NCBI GenBank assembly: GCA_044892525.1
Contig: CM097885.1
Coordinates: forward strand, 45,262,001 to 45,326,000
Length of the DNA: 64,000 bases
DNA from: Schmidtea polychroa
Lineage: Eukaryota
Direction: 5' to 3'
Part shown: positions 9,715 to 23,056 of the stretch, piece by piece
How the letters are laid out: every line of letters starts with the position of its first letter
Position numbering within the stretch: position 1 is the first letter of the stretch
Position numbers and translations under genes: made by a program
The notes under the pieces: generated by a model
The model's database searches: none
Told to the model about the DNA's origin: nothing
The model's input: the letters and a program-made list of their open reading frames with translations, nothing else

Positions 9715-11430
9715 ATGTTTTAATGATTTTATTTAGACAAATCTTTGGTTATTATTTGGCACTAAATTCATTGGTAATTTTTTTTAGAGTTGATGTTAGT
9801 GGGATTTAGTAAATATTCAAGTGAATTACTATAATTTTTGTGAATTTCATGTTAATTGAAAAAATATTTAAAAATTTAAGGTTTTATTGTTAATTCTAAG
9901 ACAAATTTAATTAATTTCTTGATAATTTGCTATATTTTATTGACTTGTTTTTTAAATAAAAATTATTTTTTATGACAGTTAGGTTAATAATTAGAGTTTT
10001 TACAATAATCAAGTGATAGGATAAATTATTTAATTTTTATGATGACTTTGTAATGATAATTTGATTAAATAATTTTTTCATATATTTTCTAAGAATATTT
10101 CCATTTACGCATTGATAAACTTTTAAATATTGAAAATCTAAAGTTGAAACCAGCTAATTTTATCATGAATTTTATTTGAAATCTACTTGAAAATTATTGT
10201 AAAATATACTGAAATTTGTGATTTAGTTTGGAAGATGTATCATGTTATAATTGCTATAATTGGCTGAATCGATGAAGAATTATGATCAATCAATGAGAAA
10301 TTATCACCCCTAGTTAGATATTTGATGGTAAATGTTGTGAAATATTTGTAGAAAATATTGATTTTAGTGAATTTGATCTTTTAGTGGGCTCTTACTACAT
10401 GAATTTATGTACTAAATTATTTCAATGGAAAAAGTCTGTAACAATTAAATAAAATTCATATTTTGAAGAATTTTCTATGGATTTTAAAAGAATTGATATA
10501 TTAACGGGCTCAAGTGGGTGAAATTAAGGGATATAGCCGGTTGGATTTTGTGAGGGTTTGGTTAAGATGGGAATATATGATTTTTAAGGAATATATTCGG
10601 TTGGATGTTTAAAGGGGTAGAAATATTTGGTGAGGGATCGGTTAAGGTGGAAATGTTTTGAATATCTCTATTTAAATCGACAATTTTCTTATTGGTAAAA
10701 TATCAATGTTTCAAGGGAAATAGTCAGTATTTAGTTATGAGTTAATAATAGTTCCTGTGAAATTATATCGTTTTAGGTTTATTAGGTTGTAATGAATGTA
10801 ATTGCACAGTAATTTAGATTTATGTTTTACTTTAGAACCAGTTTTTATTAATTATCCATGGTTTTATTAAGTCGTTTAGGGTTAATGATCAATTAGGTGT
10901 TTATTTACTTGGTTTTGACAATGAAATATCTGAAATCTTTAGAATTAATTGGGAATGTTATCAAAGGTTATTTCTTTAAATTATTTACCTTTATTTAACA
11001 TGTTATAGACGGATATTCATTGTGGGGATATCGGTGACAAAACGTGAGAAATATTGACTTAAAAGAGTTGGACATCGACAGCAACTAAAGAAAATTGAAC
11101 ATTATTGAAGGAAATTTATGATTTTAATTAGAAATTAAATCGGTTGAATATCAGTTAAGGGTAAAATATGGTCATTTGAAGGAATATTGTTATCGGGTGG
11201 ATAAATCTTTCAATGATATTTTGCTAAATTACCTTTTGCTAAATATTATTTTAAATGACAAAGTTAACCAATAAATTAGTCGATCGAAATAAGAATTCGG
11301 TAAAAGTTACATTTAAAATATTCCAATTATTCACGAATTTCTGATAAAGATATATATGAGCATCTATTTCTCACTAAATTACCTAGGAATTTCTAACTGA
11401 TATACATGTACCTTAATTTACTAATTAATA

Positions 11431-11520
11431 TACCCTTGCGACATGTTGAATGTGAGCAGTACCCTTGCTAGCAATACCCTTAGGGGGACAAAATATCTTG
11501 TCGGATAAACTCGGAGTATA
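11431..11520. repeat. ~90-bp conserved Polinton cis-motif (also 12676-12760, 13659-13748, partial inverted 9619-9641, and 38006-38096 / 50912-51002)
   Basis: TACCCTTGCGACATGTTGA...AATACCC...AATATCTTGTCGGATAAACTCGGAGTATA recurs in both elements. Confidence 0.85.
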
Positions 11521-12617
11521 AGAACTTGCAATATTGATACATCAAAATACTGTTATTTAAAAAATTAACTAAAAAATACTCAAAAATACTATATTATCTA
11601 AGAATTCATTTACTGAATGATATCTTAAAATTTAAGGCTTAAATGATCTTGCTTTTAATATACCTATGAATTGATTTCTAAAATAATCATGTTTTTCTAT
11701 CAAACATGCATAAATTGAATATAAATTTGCTGAATATTACTCAAATAAACATGTATCTAAATAATATCTCCAAATGATATTTCGCAGAGAGGTATATAAA
11801 ATCTCTATGAATTTGTTAAATGTTTTCCTCAATATAAATTGTTAATTGTTCTAAGAATTTTATTCAAAACCACCCCCAATTAATCATATATTAATAATTT
11901 TAAATATTATAATAAATATGTTTCTAGTTAAATGATTGAAATATTTGGTATTACTATCAACTATATAAAAATTGTTATAAATCCAAGAATATTTAATTAA
12001 ATGGTACAACCAAAAACATGGATTTCTAACTAAATTGGTAAATTTTTCTCGAAATATTTTACTTAAGAAATTCCTATATTTAAAATAACGATATATTTTT
12101 CATTAAATGGTCTAAATATTTGCTATTGGGTATCTAAATAATCATGTTTTTTTCTTAAATTGTATGGTATTGTTAAATATTTTCAAATAATAATAATAAT
12201 AATTGATGAAAATGTTTGTGCAACTAATGAAAATGTTCCTGAAAATAATCATAACAATATTGAAAATATAGAAAATGTTGAAAATTATGAAAATATTCAT
12301 GCAAATGATGAAAATCATGAAATTGATGTAGAAATTAAGTTCTATGAATATTTAAGTAAATAATGAAACTTCGAAAATAAAATAATAATATTACTTTGAA
12401 AATAAAATTGAAAATAATTTTGGAAATAAATTTGAAAATACTTTGAGTTAGACTATTTAGCATGTGTGTATGTGACCTATATAAATTCTAAAAAAAAAAT
12501 TTATAAGTATTTTGAGGTAACCTACATATTTAAAAAAAAATTTCTAAGTATTTGAGTTTTTATAGTTTTTAAATTATATGAATTTGTTCCTTCAAAAATA
12601 TCTACTTGTTTTATAGG

Positions 12618-12658
<41 letters not shown>

Positions 12659-13974
12659 TACATGAAAATAATAATTTGCGACATGTTGAATGTGAGCAGT
12701 ACCCTTGCTATCAATACCCATAGCGAGACAGAATATCTTGTCGGATAAACTCGGAGTATATGGTTATTATTGATATATCAAAATACTGTTATTTATAAAT
12801 TAACTAAAAATACTCGAAAATACTATATTATTTTACTGAATGATACCTTAAATATCTTTAATATATCTATTTCTCAATAAATCGACCGCTCAGACCACCA
12901 ACAGAAAATGGAATTTTGGATTATGAAGAAGATGAATCAGACAAAATGGTGAAACACTAAAGGAGTTATAGTTCCGGATTTCTTAAATGAATTATCTGAT
13001 TGTGGGTGTCCTTCAACATGAATGTTTACTTATCAGACTTAAAATATGTAAACTTTCTTTCAACGAATGTCAAGAAAAAATGGGAAAACTGATGTTTTAG
13101 CAATTAGATATTGTAAAGTACTCGTTATACCTGAAAAATGTGAAAGATTTCGAATGTAAGACATGAATTAATTCTTTAAAATATATATATTATATTTAAG
13201 TATCTGTGTTTTATGGTGGGAATTGATAAGAATTGATATTGAAAAAGTATACCACAAATAATAGTTGCCTAATAGTCAGGCAGAATTTAATTTATCAAGC
13301 ATGTGACGATAAAATGTTAGATAACGTCTGTAAGTTAATTGCTTTTAAATCAATACAAATGTTAGTAATGAGAGTAACACCGCATCAGAAACTAATAAAT
13401 ACGTCCAATCTGCAAGATGTATTCCAAATGGACCGATGGAGATGATAATTTTGAGATATATTACCAACAGAAGAGCGAGAAACCCTTTGTAAAGTAAATA
13501 TAATAGGGCTGGGTGGGTCCTCTTTATCCCTCAATTAATATGTATTTACAAGCAGATCGTCGTGGTGGGCGGTTGTAATCCAACTAGTGGGAGGCCTCTG
13601 TAAACATATATTGTTGTTAGTGAAAACATTAATTAATTTGGCTATAGTACCAATGATATACCTTTGTGACATGTTGAATGTGTGTAGTACCCTGGTGACC
13701 AATACCCATAGCTGGATAGAATATCTTGTCGGATAAACTCTGACTATACACACCCATGTTAAACAAGGTATGTGCAATTTATATATATATATATATAGAA
13801 TGTATGTATAAAATTGTAAATTATCGCTCTTTATTGACAATTTCCTGTAAAGGCAAATACAGAAAACAGATTTTTCATAAATTTCATATTTAATTAATAA
13901 GTGCAAACATATAATAATTCTCTACCCTATAACTTGTGTGTGTAAAAATAATTAGGTTTTTGACTAATATTTGC

Positions 13975-14017
<43 letters not shown>

Positions 14018-14082
14018 TTTAATGGGTTTTGTATGTGTGTAAAAATATTTTAGGTTTTTCACTAATATTGATAATAATTATA

Positions 14083-14124
<42 letters not shown>

Positions 14125-14139
14125 TATAATAATAATGAT

Positions 14140-14790
14140 AATAATATGAGTCATCGTTCTAAAAATATGTGGCATCGTTCTAAAAATATGAGGCATCGTT
14201 TTAAAAATATGAGGCATCGTTCTTAAAATATTAGGCATCGATTACGTAATAGTTCTAAAAATATGTGGCATCGTTCTAAAAATATTAGGCATCGTTCTAA
14301 AAATATTAGGCATCGTTCTTAAAATATGAGGCATCGTTCTAAAAATAATGAGCTATCGATTAATAAATTCAGATGATGGAAACAATAACTTGTTGCATGA
14401 CCAAAACCATGTCACCGCTGGAGCACTAAAAATATTATGAATAATAATAATAATTTCACTATGAAAAGATGGTGGTCATCAATTGGTAATAACTATACCA
14501 ATAATAATGATGATAATAATATTTATATATCAGTAGATAGATCTTGCACTGGGCTTTAAAATGAGCTATCGATCGATGAAATAAAATAATGGGAACGATA
14601 ACTTGTGGGCAAACGAAAACCAGGAGCCCGCTGGACCACTAATAATATGAAGCATCGTTCTAAAAATATGTGGCATCGATTACGTAATAGTTCTAAAAAT
14701 AAGCGGAATCGATTACGTAATAGTTCTAAAAATATGTGTCATCGATTACACAATAGTCCTAAAAATATGAGGTATCGTTCTAAAAATAAA
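14140..14790 (+). repeat. Subterminal 21-bp tandem repeats (TAAAAATATGTGGCATCGTTC) in two blocks
   Basis: Arrays at ~14140-14345 and ~14645-14790, with an interspersed variant ATCGATTACGTAATAGTTC. Confidence 0.8.
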
Positions 14791-14800
14791 ATTTTTCAGA

Positions 14801-14861
14801 CCGGGGGGGGGTATATGTGGTCCAGAGGGCTCATGGTCTAGATGGCCCACTACCATCTACT
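14801..14861 (-). repeat. Right terminus (TIR end) of Polinton A
   Basis: Reverse complement AGTAGATGGTAGTGGGCCATCTAGACCATGAGCCCTCTGGACCACATATACCCCCCCCC aligns with the element B termini. Confidence 0.88.
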
Positions 14862-16620
14862 TTTCTCACATTCCTCAGTCCAGATTATTTTTTCACTATT
14901 GCTTCCACATATGCTTTCTAGCGCTCTTGATTTTGTTGCATATTCCTTAATAAATCTCCGATAATAGTTACATATACCTAAAAAGCTTCTCAAATTCGTT
15001 ATACACTTAGGCCTCTGAAATGATTTAATAGCCTCAATTTTACTTTGATCTGTCCGAATCCCCTGACTGTTAATAATGTGCCCTAAAAACTTTACTTCGC
15101 TCTTTAATAACTGACATTTTTCTGGGTTGATTCTCAATTTAGCTTCCCTTATTTTCTCTAGAACTTTTCCAAACACATTGTAATGTTCTTCAATTGTTCT
15201 TGTAAAAATTAAAATATCGTCTAAATACACCATAACTCCTTCTTTCCATAGATCTTTGAATATTTTTGTCATTAATTCTTGGAATGTACCCGGTGCCGCC
15301 GCAATGCCAAAAGGCATTCTATTAAAACAAAATTGCCCTTCTTTAGTAGAAAATGCTGTCTTTTCTTGCGATTCTATGTCCAATTTCACCTGATAATAAG
15401 CGTTCCCAAGGTCTATAGAACTAAAGTACTTAGATCCATGTAATGTATCTAGAATTTCTTCTACATTCGGCATAGGAAAAGCTTGTCTTTCAGTAATCTT
15501 ATTAAGCTATCTAAAATCTAAACAAAGTCTGATATCTTTTTTGTCTTTTTTCCACACACATACTAACGGCGTATTCCAAGGTGAATGACATCTTCTTATG
15601 ATATCATTATTTTCTAAATTTTTTATAGCAGCATTTATTTTCTCCTCTAAATTGATGGGTTGCCTTCTGGGTTTTATCATAATTGGGCCTTCTTTTGTGA
15701 TGATTTTATGTGCAATTAAATCAGTACATCCGATATCCCAGTTATTAGCTATAAAAACACTTTTATTGTTTTTAACAATCTCTAACAGTCTTTTATTTTC
15801 GTTTAATCTTAAAATTTCTATTGCTTTTTGACATCTCTCGTTATCTGTAATCTTTTACCCAAATCTAGCTTCTATTTCACACACAAATTCATTATATCCT
15901 TCTTCATTTTGCTTGATGTAGTTTAATTCAATTCCAAACTCTTTCTGCAATTCCATTCCGCCTATTATATCTGGAACAATATTTTTAACTATTATAAATG
16001 TTATTTTTCTTTCCATATTACCAATTCTAACATCAATATATATTTTTCCGATTGTCTCTAATTTACTATCATTTGCACATCTTAACATCTCATCTGTTTT
16101 TATGATTTTCACATTCACTAATATTTCCACAACTGCTTCTGCCATTACATTTACTCTTGCTCCTGTATCTAGTAAGCATTCCATTCTATAACCCTGAATT
16201 TCAAGAGTTGTACTCGGTCTACCTTGCATTTTGTCATAACTCAATTTCGGTCGTTTCCATTCATCTTTAGTGAAAATATTTTTCTCCTCTGATATTTCAT
16301 TAATCCACCCAATTTCCTTTCTCTCTAATTTATCTTCTGCCTTCTTAATAAATATATAAACTTTTTCATTTACTATTTTATTATTATATTCTGCTTCTTT
16401 AATTTCATTATACTCTTCTTGATTCTTAGGATTATTATTATTATTTATTAAAGATCGATCAGCATTAAAATAACTATAACATTTAAAATTATTTAAAGGA
16501 AACTTTTTAAAATTACAAATATTATTACATAAAGGTTCTACATTATTATATATATAAGGATTATTTACATTATTAAAATTATTATGACCAATATTTACAT
16601 CAATATCAAAATTACCTAGT
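14862..16620 (-). pseudogene. pol: Ty3/gypsy pol (aspartic protease + reverse transcriptase), truncated by the Polinton A insertion
   Basis: LLDTGA, SPWNTP, LCLDFR*LN, RMPFG and YLDD motifs. In-frame stops at 15855-15857 (TAA) and 15507-15509 (TAG). The 5' boundary is approximate. Confidence 0.9.
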
Positions 16621-17692
16621 ATATTGCTCCGATCATTGCCTCCCGTGTCGAAGCATGTACTTTTAGGTGCTGAATATCCTCATATTTGTCTTCTGCATCA
16701 TCTGAATACTCAAGTGGCATCGTCTCATCATTAGGTTCAATTGCTGCAACTGTTCTTCCTGGATTGTTGATCTTTTGTTGATAGCTTGTGGTTCGATGGG
16801 CATAATAATTATTGTTTCTCATGTTTGAATTAGTTTGAAACTTCCTTCTTTCCAAATTTGTATAGCAGTCAATCTCCTTATGTCCACGTAAGTGACATCT
16901 CGGGCATTGAATCGTTGAACATTCTCGCCGTACGTGGCCTTTAACTCCGCATGTAAAACACGTCATTTTCTTTTTCATTTGGCATTCTCGACTCACACGA
17001 CCAATTTTCTTGCATGTCCAGCATTCCAATTGTCGGTTAATGACGTTTCGCTGCTTGAAATTATTATTTCCGTTTACCATTCCTCTTTGAGCCACATCTC
17101 TGTAGCTTCTGTAGTTTTGAACAACCGGTGAAGTCTTCACAACATTAATATAGCCCATAATTTTGTTTACCTTTTCTAATTTCTTTATTGTCGTTTTTAT
17201 TTCTTCTGATGTTTTCAAATCTTTCATCTCGATCTCTTTTTTAACTTCTCGATCTCTTACACAGTTTGTAAGCAGGCATTTTTCTATTTCTTCTTCATCC
17301 CATTTGTGCGCTATTAATTTCTTTGTCATCTTTTTAATTTTCTCTATAAAAGTTTCGGCTGAATCTGATCCTTGTTCATAACTCAAAGCTTCTTTTAGAT
17401 CATCCATTAATGATGTCGGTTTTGAAAATGCATATCGAAGTTTCTCTTCCATAGTTTTTCCTTCGGCTGCTTCATAATCTTCCATTAGCGATCTGTCAAG
17501 TAATGTTGTAGTTAATATTACTTGCATCCTAATTGTTGTTTTTGTCGCGCCAAAAAACCTTTGACAATCCTTGATAAAATTTTCTAAATCATCGCCTTTG
17601 TGAAATTTCTCAGGTAATAGTCTGCTTATCAATAAATCCGTGGTCGTGGTCGCCATGTAAGACGCAATTAAATTCAAGTCTTCTTCAAGCAT
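16616..17692 (-). CDS. gag: Ty3/gypsy Gag with three CCHC-type zinc knuckles
   Basis: CWTCKKIGRVSREC (H replaced by R), CFTCGVKGHVRREC, CPRCHLRGHKEIDC; directly upstream of pol. Confidence 0.88.
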   Translation of the reverse strand: MLEEDLNLIASYMATTTTDLLISRLLPEKFHKGDDLENFIKDCQRFFGATKTTIRMQVILTTTLLDRSLMEDYEAAEGKTMEEKLRYAFSKPTSLMDDLKEALSYEQGSDSAETFIEKIKKMTKKLIAHKWDEEEIEKCLLTNCVRDREVKKEIEMKDLKTSEEIKTTIKKLEKVNKIMGYINVVKTSPVVQNYRSYRDVAQRGMVNGNNNFKQRNVINRQLECWTCKKIGRVSRECQMKKKMTCFTCGVKGHVRRECSTIQCPRCHLRGHKEIDCYTNLERRKFQTNSNMRNNNYYAHRTTSYQQKINNPGRTVAAIEPNDETMPLEYSDDAEDKYEDIQHLKVHASTREAMIGAIY

Positions 17693-18654
17693 TTATTTTT
17701 ATAACAACTTCAAAAATTGCGCCGTTTACTAGAATATTTAAACACCGAGGCGTGATAATTATTAATATTAATGTAATTACTGGTCATACATTTAATTGAT
17801 TTAATTTAATATAATTTAATATAATATGATATAATTTAATATAGAATTTAAATATACAAATTTAACAGAAATAATTATTTCTAATAACTGATCTCACTTC
17901 TACCATTTAACCATAATAATTTTATATAGAGATTTACTAACTCCTTACAACAACAACAATATATTTTTTTCTTATCTTTTTATAAGAACTCAACAGATTC
18001 TTCTTCCATTTCAGGCTCATATTTTGTAAAAAATGTCTTGATCGCCTAGATTTATTTATAGATTTATTTAACTGTTAGCAGCTCAATCAATGTCAATCAA
18101 GATTTTTTTCAAACTACCTTTGTTTTGTAAGACGTCAATATGTAGAATATTTCTTTTTTGGAAATGTGCTCATCTTAATGATCTATCCTATCAACTTTCC
18201 CGTTAAAGTTTATCACAATTTATTACAATTTATAAATAAGTACCCTTTTATTTGTATGATTCGGGAATCACTTTTTCCCTTCTAGTAAGTCATTATTTCT
18301 TCATTGGAACATGGTAAGCCGAAAACTATAATTGTGGTGGCATCGGCACAGAGTGATCTGTAATAATTTGATGCAAGTTTTTTTATGACTAAGGTCTATC
18401 TATTATTATCGTTACTTTCTCCTGAATATACAACTATATCGCTGCACTCTCAATAGGTATTTTCTACATTCTTGGCAATTCGAAAATTAATATATTAAAC
18501 CAAAAACGTATGGCTATATAATAATAAAATTTTATTCATCGACTTTACCCTTCTCATGTAGTTGCAAAATTAAGTAATTGAACCATACGAAAAACTCATT
18601 TATTCAAACAATTTATTATAAAGAGCTTGATAAATTTAATAAATTCAATGGAAA

Positions 18655-18740
18655 AAAAAATCAGTGGTGAAATTGGAAAAAAAGTTCTTATAATAATATA
18701 TTATAAGAACTTTGTTTTCCAATTTCACCACTGATTTTTT
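18655..18740. repeat. Near-perfect ~40-bp-stem hairpin
   Basis: AAATCAGTGGTGAAATTGGAAAAAAAGTTCTTATAAT...ATTATAAGAACTTTGTTTTCCAATTTCACCACTGATTT. Confidence 0.85.
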
Positions 18741-20742
18741 ATGCCATTCACAAATTCATTTGAAAAAGGCAGTGCCGAAAATTTATGAATATCAAAAACA
18801 TCGATATATTTAATTATTTATAGTCTTCAAGATCTTTTAAATAAATATAGCTAAAATAATGCATTCACGTTAATGCATATAAGAACCTTAAGTATTATTC
18901 TAATAGTCTCATGAAAACAAATATTTTATCATCTCAGGGAAAAAAATAAAATAAATTCATTGATCTTTTCTTTCAATATATTTATATTATCCGGTAAGGG
19001 CAATAATAGTAATATATTTCCGTCGCTGAATATTTCTGAAAGTTAGGAATTGGCAATTAAGCCACGTCAATGTAACTTAATCCATAAAACTGTATTCAAA
19101 ACTCCATATTCAATTTGCTATAAGTAGACAAATGTGTATACAGACAGATGCACACAAATCTTAGTGCCATGCAGTCAAAATCACGAGACAAATGGAAATG
19201 CATCCCGTTTTGTTACACACTACAAAATCATAAATGAGCATTAAATTTAAATTTAATTGTGCCTTAGTGTATAAATCACGTGAATATAAAATACAAATCT
19301 TTTGCTTATTTTATTCAATTTGGAAAGGATGTAATGATTCAATATTATGCTGATAAAAATATACTATTCCAATTTATAAATGAAATTTGTTAATATGATT
19401 TTAATTTCTTATGAATTATTTTTTCATTTTATTATTTTTCTCAGAGTAATTTCAATTTGATTTGTTATTTCTTTCAAATCTTTTTAAATTTTACGTTGCT
19501 AGAAAGTGAATTTATTTGTTAATTATTTTTATAAATCTGTCTTTTAAATTCAACGTATTTCAATGGAGAAAAGGTATTAATTATGTTTTGTATTTCATGG
19601 AATTCGGTATCACTGTCTGACTCCTTTGTGATCTTTTTGACATTAAGTCAAACAACCCAATACATAAATCTTTATTCAAGACTCTTTATATTGATTCAAC
19701 CACACTTGATACAAACCTTTTTTGGTCTCCAATTTTCAATACAATTGTAAATTTTACGTAGAGATAAATCTTCCAACGGGAGATGTCCCTTTTTGGTCGC
19801 TCGATTTGGAATATTCCGTTGACACTAAGTTCAAAGTTTTCTTTGTTACTCTCGCTAAATTTCTCGTTTACTTTTCTTCGACCAACTGCCAATTCTGTTT
19901 TCTTGCTGGTCGCTTTTAATTCCATCCCGTAATTTGATTTCGCTCTGTTAAATTAGTTTGGATCCAATTTCGCCCCGGGCTTACTCTTGTTGCTTTGAGG
20001 AATTTGCCCGTCTCTTTTGACGGCTTGCTCCAATTTTATTTTGAGTCAGTTAATTTAATTCCCTCACATCGCTCGGATTTTCCATTATCTCAGGTTTCAC
20101 ATTATCTCGGATTCTACATTAGTTAATTTTTGTTTTTTGTAATTTATTCCTTCTAGGGACCCCCATTGATTTTATTTTATTATAGTTGAACTCGTCTCAT
20201 TATTCGGCATCCGCCCATACCAGTTTCCTCCGGAAAATATTCATTTTCAATTTTGGATTTTTTTTAAATTAATATTTTGTATTTTAAATTATTATTGTGA
20301 ATTTGGTGTTTTTATTGTTTTTTAACTTCCTTTTTGTACCTCTCTTGTTGAACCCCAACAACTTGTTAGTAGTTTCTTTTAGACGGCGAATTTTATTTCA
20401 AATCTACGTATTTTATTTTTAATTCTTAATGATACAAAATTGAAAAATTGAGTTTTTTCATAAGTTTAATTTATGAATTAATAACCATTCAAGGGTATAG
20501 TGAAAACTAGAAACAAAAACGATTGTAATAAAACCATAATAATAATAAATAAAATAATATTTTGTGAACGATAATATTACAGACACTTTTCAAGTTCAAA
20601 TATAATTATCAAGTAAAAGTAATCTCAAATCCAAACGGATCATCTTCAATTATCTGAAGCTGTAAAAAAAGAAATATAATTAAAAATATCAAATTATTAA
20701 AATATAATATTAAACTTTTTATCATTATTATTATTATTATTA

Positions 20743-20886
<144 letters not shown>

Positions 20887-21290
20887 GTGATGATTTCTTG
20901 GTAGCCTCATTAATTGAATGTTAAACAATTAAATGATAATTTAAGCCTTTTGCTGCGAATTATATATTTAATAAAAATGAAAATAATTTCAACAAAAAAG
21001 ATATTCCTTTTAATTCTACCTGATGATAACAGTGAGTCTGTGAAAATATATTTTAGTTTATTGGTTTGGTGTTTTACTTATTTTTAAATCGATGTCATTA
21101 TTTAGTGACTAATATAATCTATTTGAAAGTTATACTTTGTTTTATAATACTCAATAGAATCACTTTAGAATTGGTGAAGAGATGTAGAAAATCAATGAAA
21201 GAAAAACTATCAATGATTTAATAATTAATGATATAAATTGTGAAGTTGGTCTATTTATGTTCTTGCCTAGATTACATTTAGATCTTGGTT

Positions 21291-21401
<111 letters not shown>

Positions 21402-22188
21402 CATGCCACACATTGAAATGACTGTCCTCTTCGTTCTTAACTTTTTGATAACTGTCAATTGAGGGAATTGATTTATAATAGGAAACACAATTTTAGGTTT
21501 ACATTTTTGTATTTGGAGTGTTATAGAGTTTGCGTAAAGATTTTGAACAAGACGTTCTATATTCAATGTTGTTAGGTGGTTTCTAATTACTGTTTTTTTA
21601 ACTTCGTTTTTATTAGTGGATTTCAAGTCCTTCTTAGATTGTGTTTGGATCTTGGTTATGAATATTTATGTCACAGATATAAGACCATATACATTCAAAT
21701 GACTGCCTGGAATCTCCGTTCTCAAGTTCTTGTTCACTATCGACTGAAGGAATTGATTAATATTAGTAAACACAATTTTGTGAAAAATTTATTGAAATGT
21801 TGTGTTTTGGAGGTTTTGACCATTCTGCATCGTCTGGTTTCCATTTGTTGCGATAATAACAATGGAACCTAAAAATTCAGTTAATTTTGGGTTCCACTAA
21901 AGATGATTGCTGTCGTTTATATTTTATGTTGAAAAATTTAATGAATTCGGGAAATTGTTTAAATATTCACCGGATATTGGTGAAAACTTTCATTGTAAAT
22001 TTAAATTTAATTTCGTGATTTTTAAATAAAAATTAGTTTTTCAAAATTTATTGAATTAGTTTCAATTATTTTAAAAATGAATTCAAATTTCATGCATGAA
22101 ATTGTAAATTTCTTATGTAGTAAGATCTATACTTCAAATCATGATTTCTTTGGATATGGAATTATCCCCAACATCAAAAAAATGTTTA

Positions 22189-22314
22189 TATACTCGGTGA
22201 AAGTAATTCAACGATGACTATTGGTAAAAGAGATTCTGGGAAAACTCTTTTAATTAAAAGTTTGTTAAAAGATTTGAATAATGATGGAAAATTTCGTGCT
22301 AGTCTTTCAAGTTA
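22189..22314 (+). pseudogene. ORC4: Fragment resembling the ORC4 N-terminal AAA+ P-loop
   Basis: ILGESNSTMTIGKRDSGKTLLIKSLLKDL versus ORC4 HGESNSVLIIGPRGSGKT; no continuation found. Confidence 0.55.
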
Positions 22315-23056
22315 ATTTAAACTGACTTTTATCTATTGCCTTTCAATTGAAATGTCATTTGATAGAGAATGAAGAAGAGGAATTTACGTTGGGTAATTTC
22401 ACCGAAAATTTCGAATATATATTATAATTTTTAACATCTGGTAACCATGACAGTATTTGTCTCTTAATTTGTCTCTTAACGATATCTAAACCATGTTGTT
22501 TTTATGTCACCTTTTATAAGTTTTGAAAGTTTTAAAAATTTTAAAAATTTCAATTGAGAAAACAGAATTTTATGATATTTTAACAAAATATAATTTTAAA
22601 AAATTAATAAATTTGTTTGTTTGTAAAAGACTGTTTTATAGTTGAAAATTTTTTCATTTTTATTAAATACATAATTCGCAGATTAATGCTTAAATTGTCT
22701 TTTAATTGTTTAATTATAATATTATTATTATTAATTAATAATGAAATGAATATATCTAATTATTAGAAAGTGCCACTCAAACGTATCTATTGAATGGTTA
22801 AATTGGTATGTTAAATATCTTGTTTATAAAACGTTACAATTTAAAGACTGGTAAGTGAATATACATAATTAAATATACATACCTATAGATAATTTTATAG
22901 ATCATTTTTAATGTTTAAATTAAAAAAATATAATTATTTAGATATATAATAAATTAAGAAATTATTTTTAAAAAATAATTTTGTAATTTGCTTAATAAAT
23001 TCATAATATAAATGCTTTTAAGTGGCGCTTTCTAATAATAATAATAATAATAAAAA

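Larger units (their letters stand above)
1..14861. mobile_element. Polinton/Maverick (adintovirus-like) element A, right part; left end and presumably pPolB lie upstream of the window
   Basis: Clustered protease, MCP, penton, integrase and packaging ATPase genes. Right terminus ...GGCCCACTACCATCTACT at 14861 (reverse complement 5'-AGTAGATGG...) abuts an interrupted gypsy pol. Confidence 0.93.

Noticed and set aside
17693..18300. 5' LTR and primer-binding site of the gypsy element
   Set aside because: No convincing TG..CA boundaries or PBS could be identified, and the partner LTR is outside the window.
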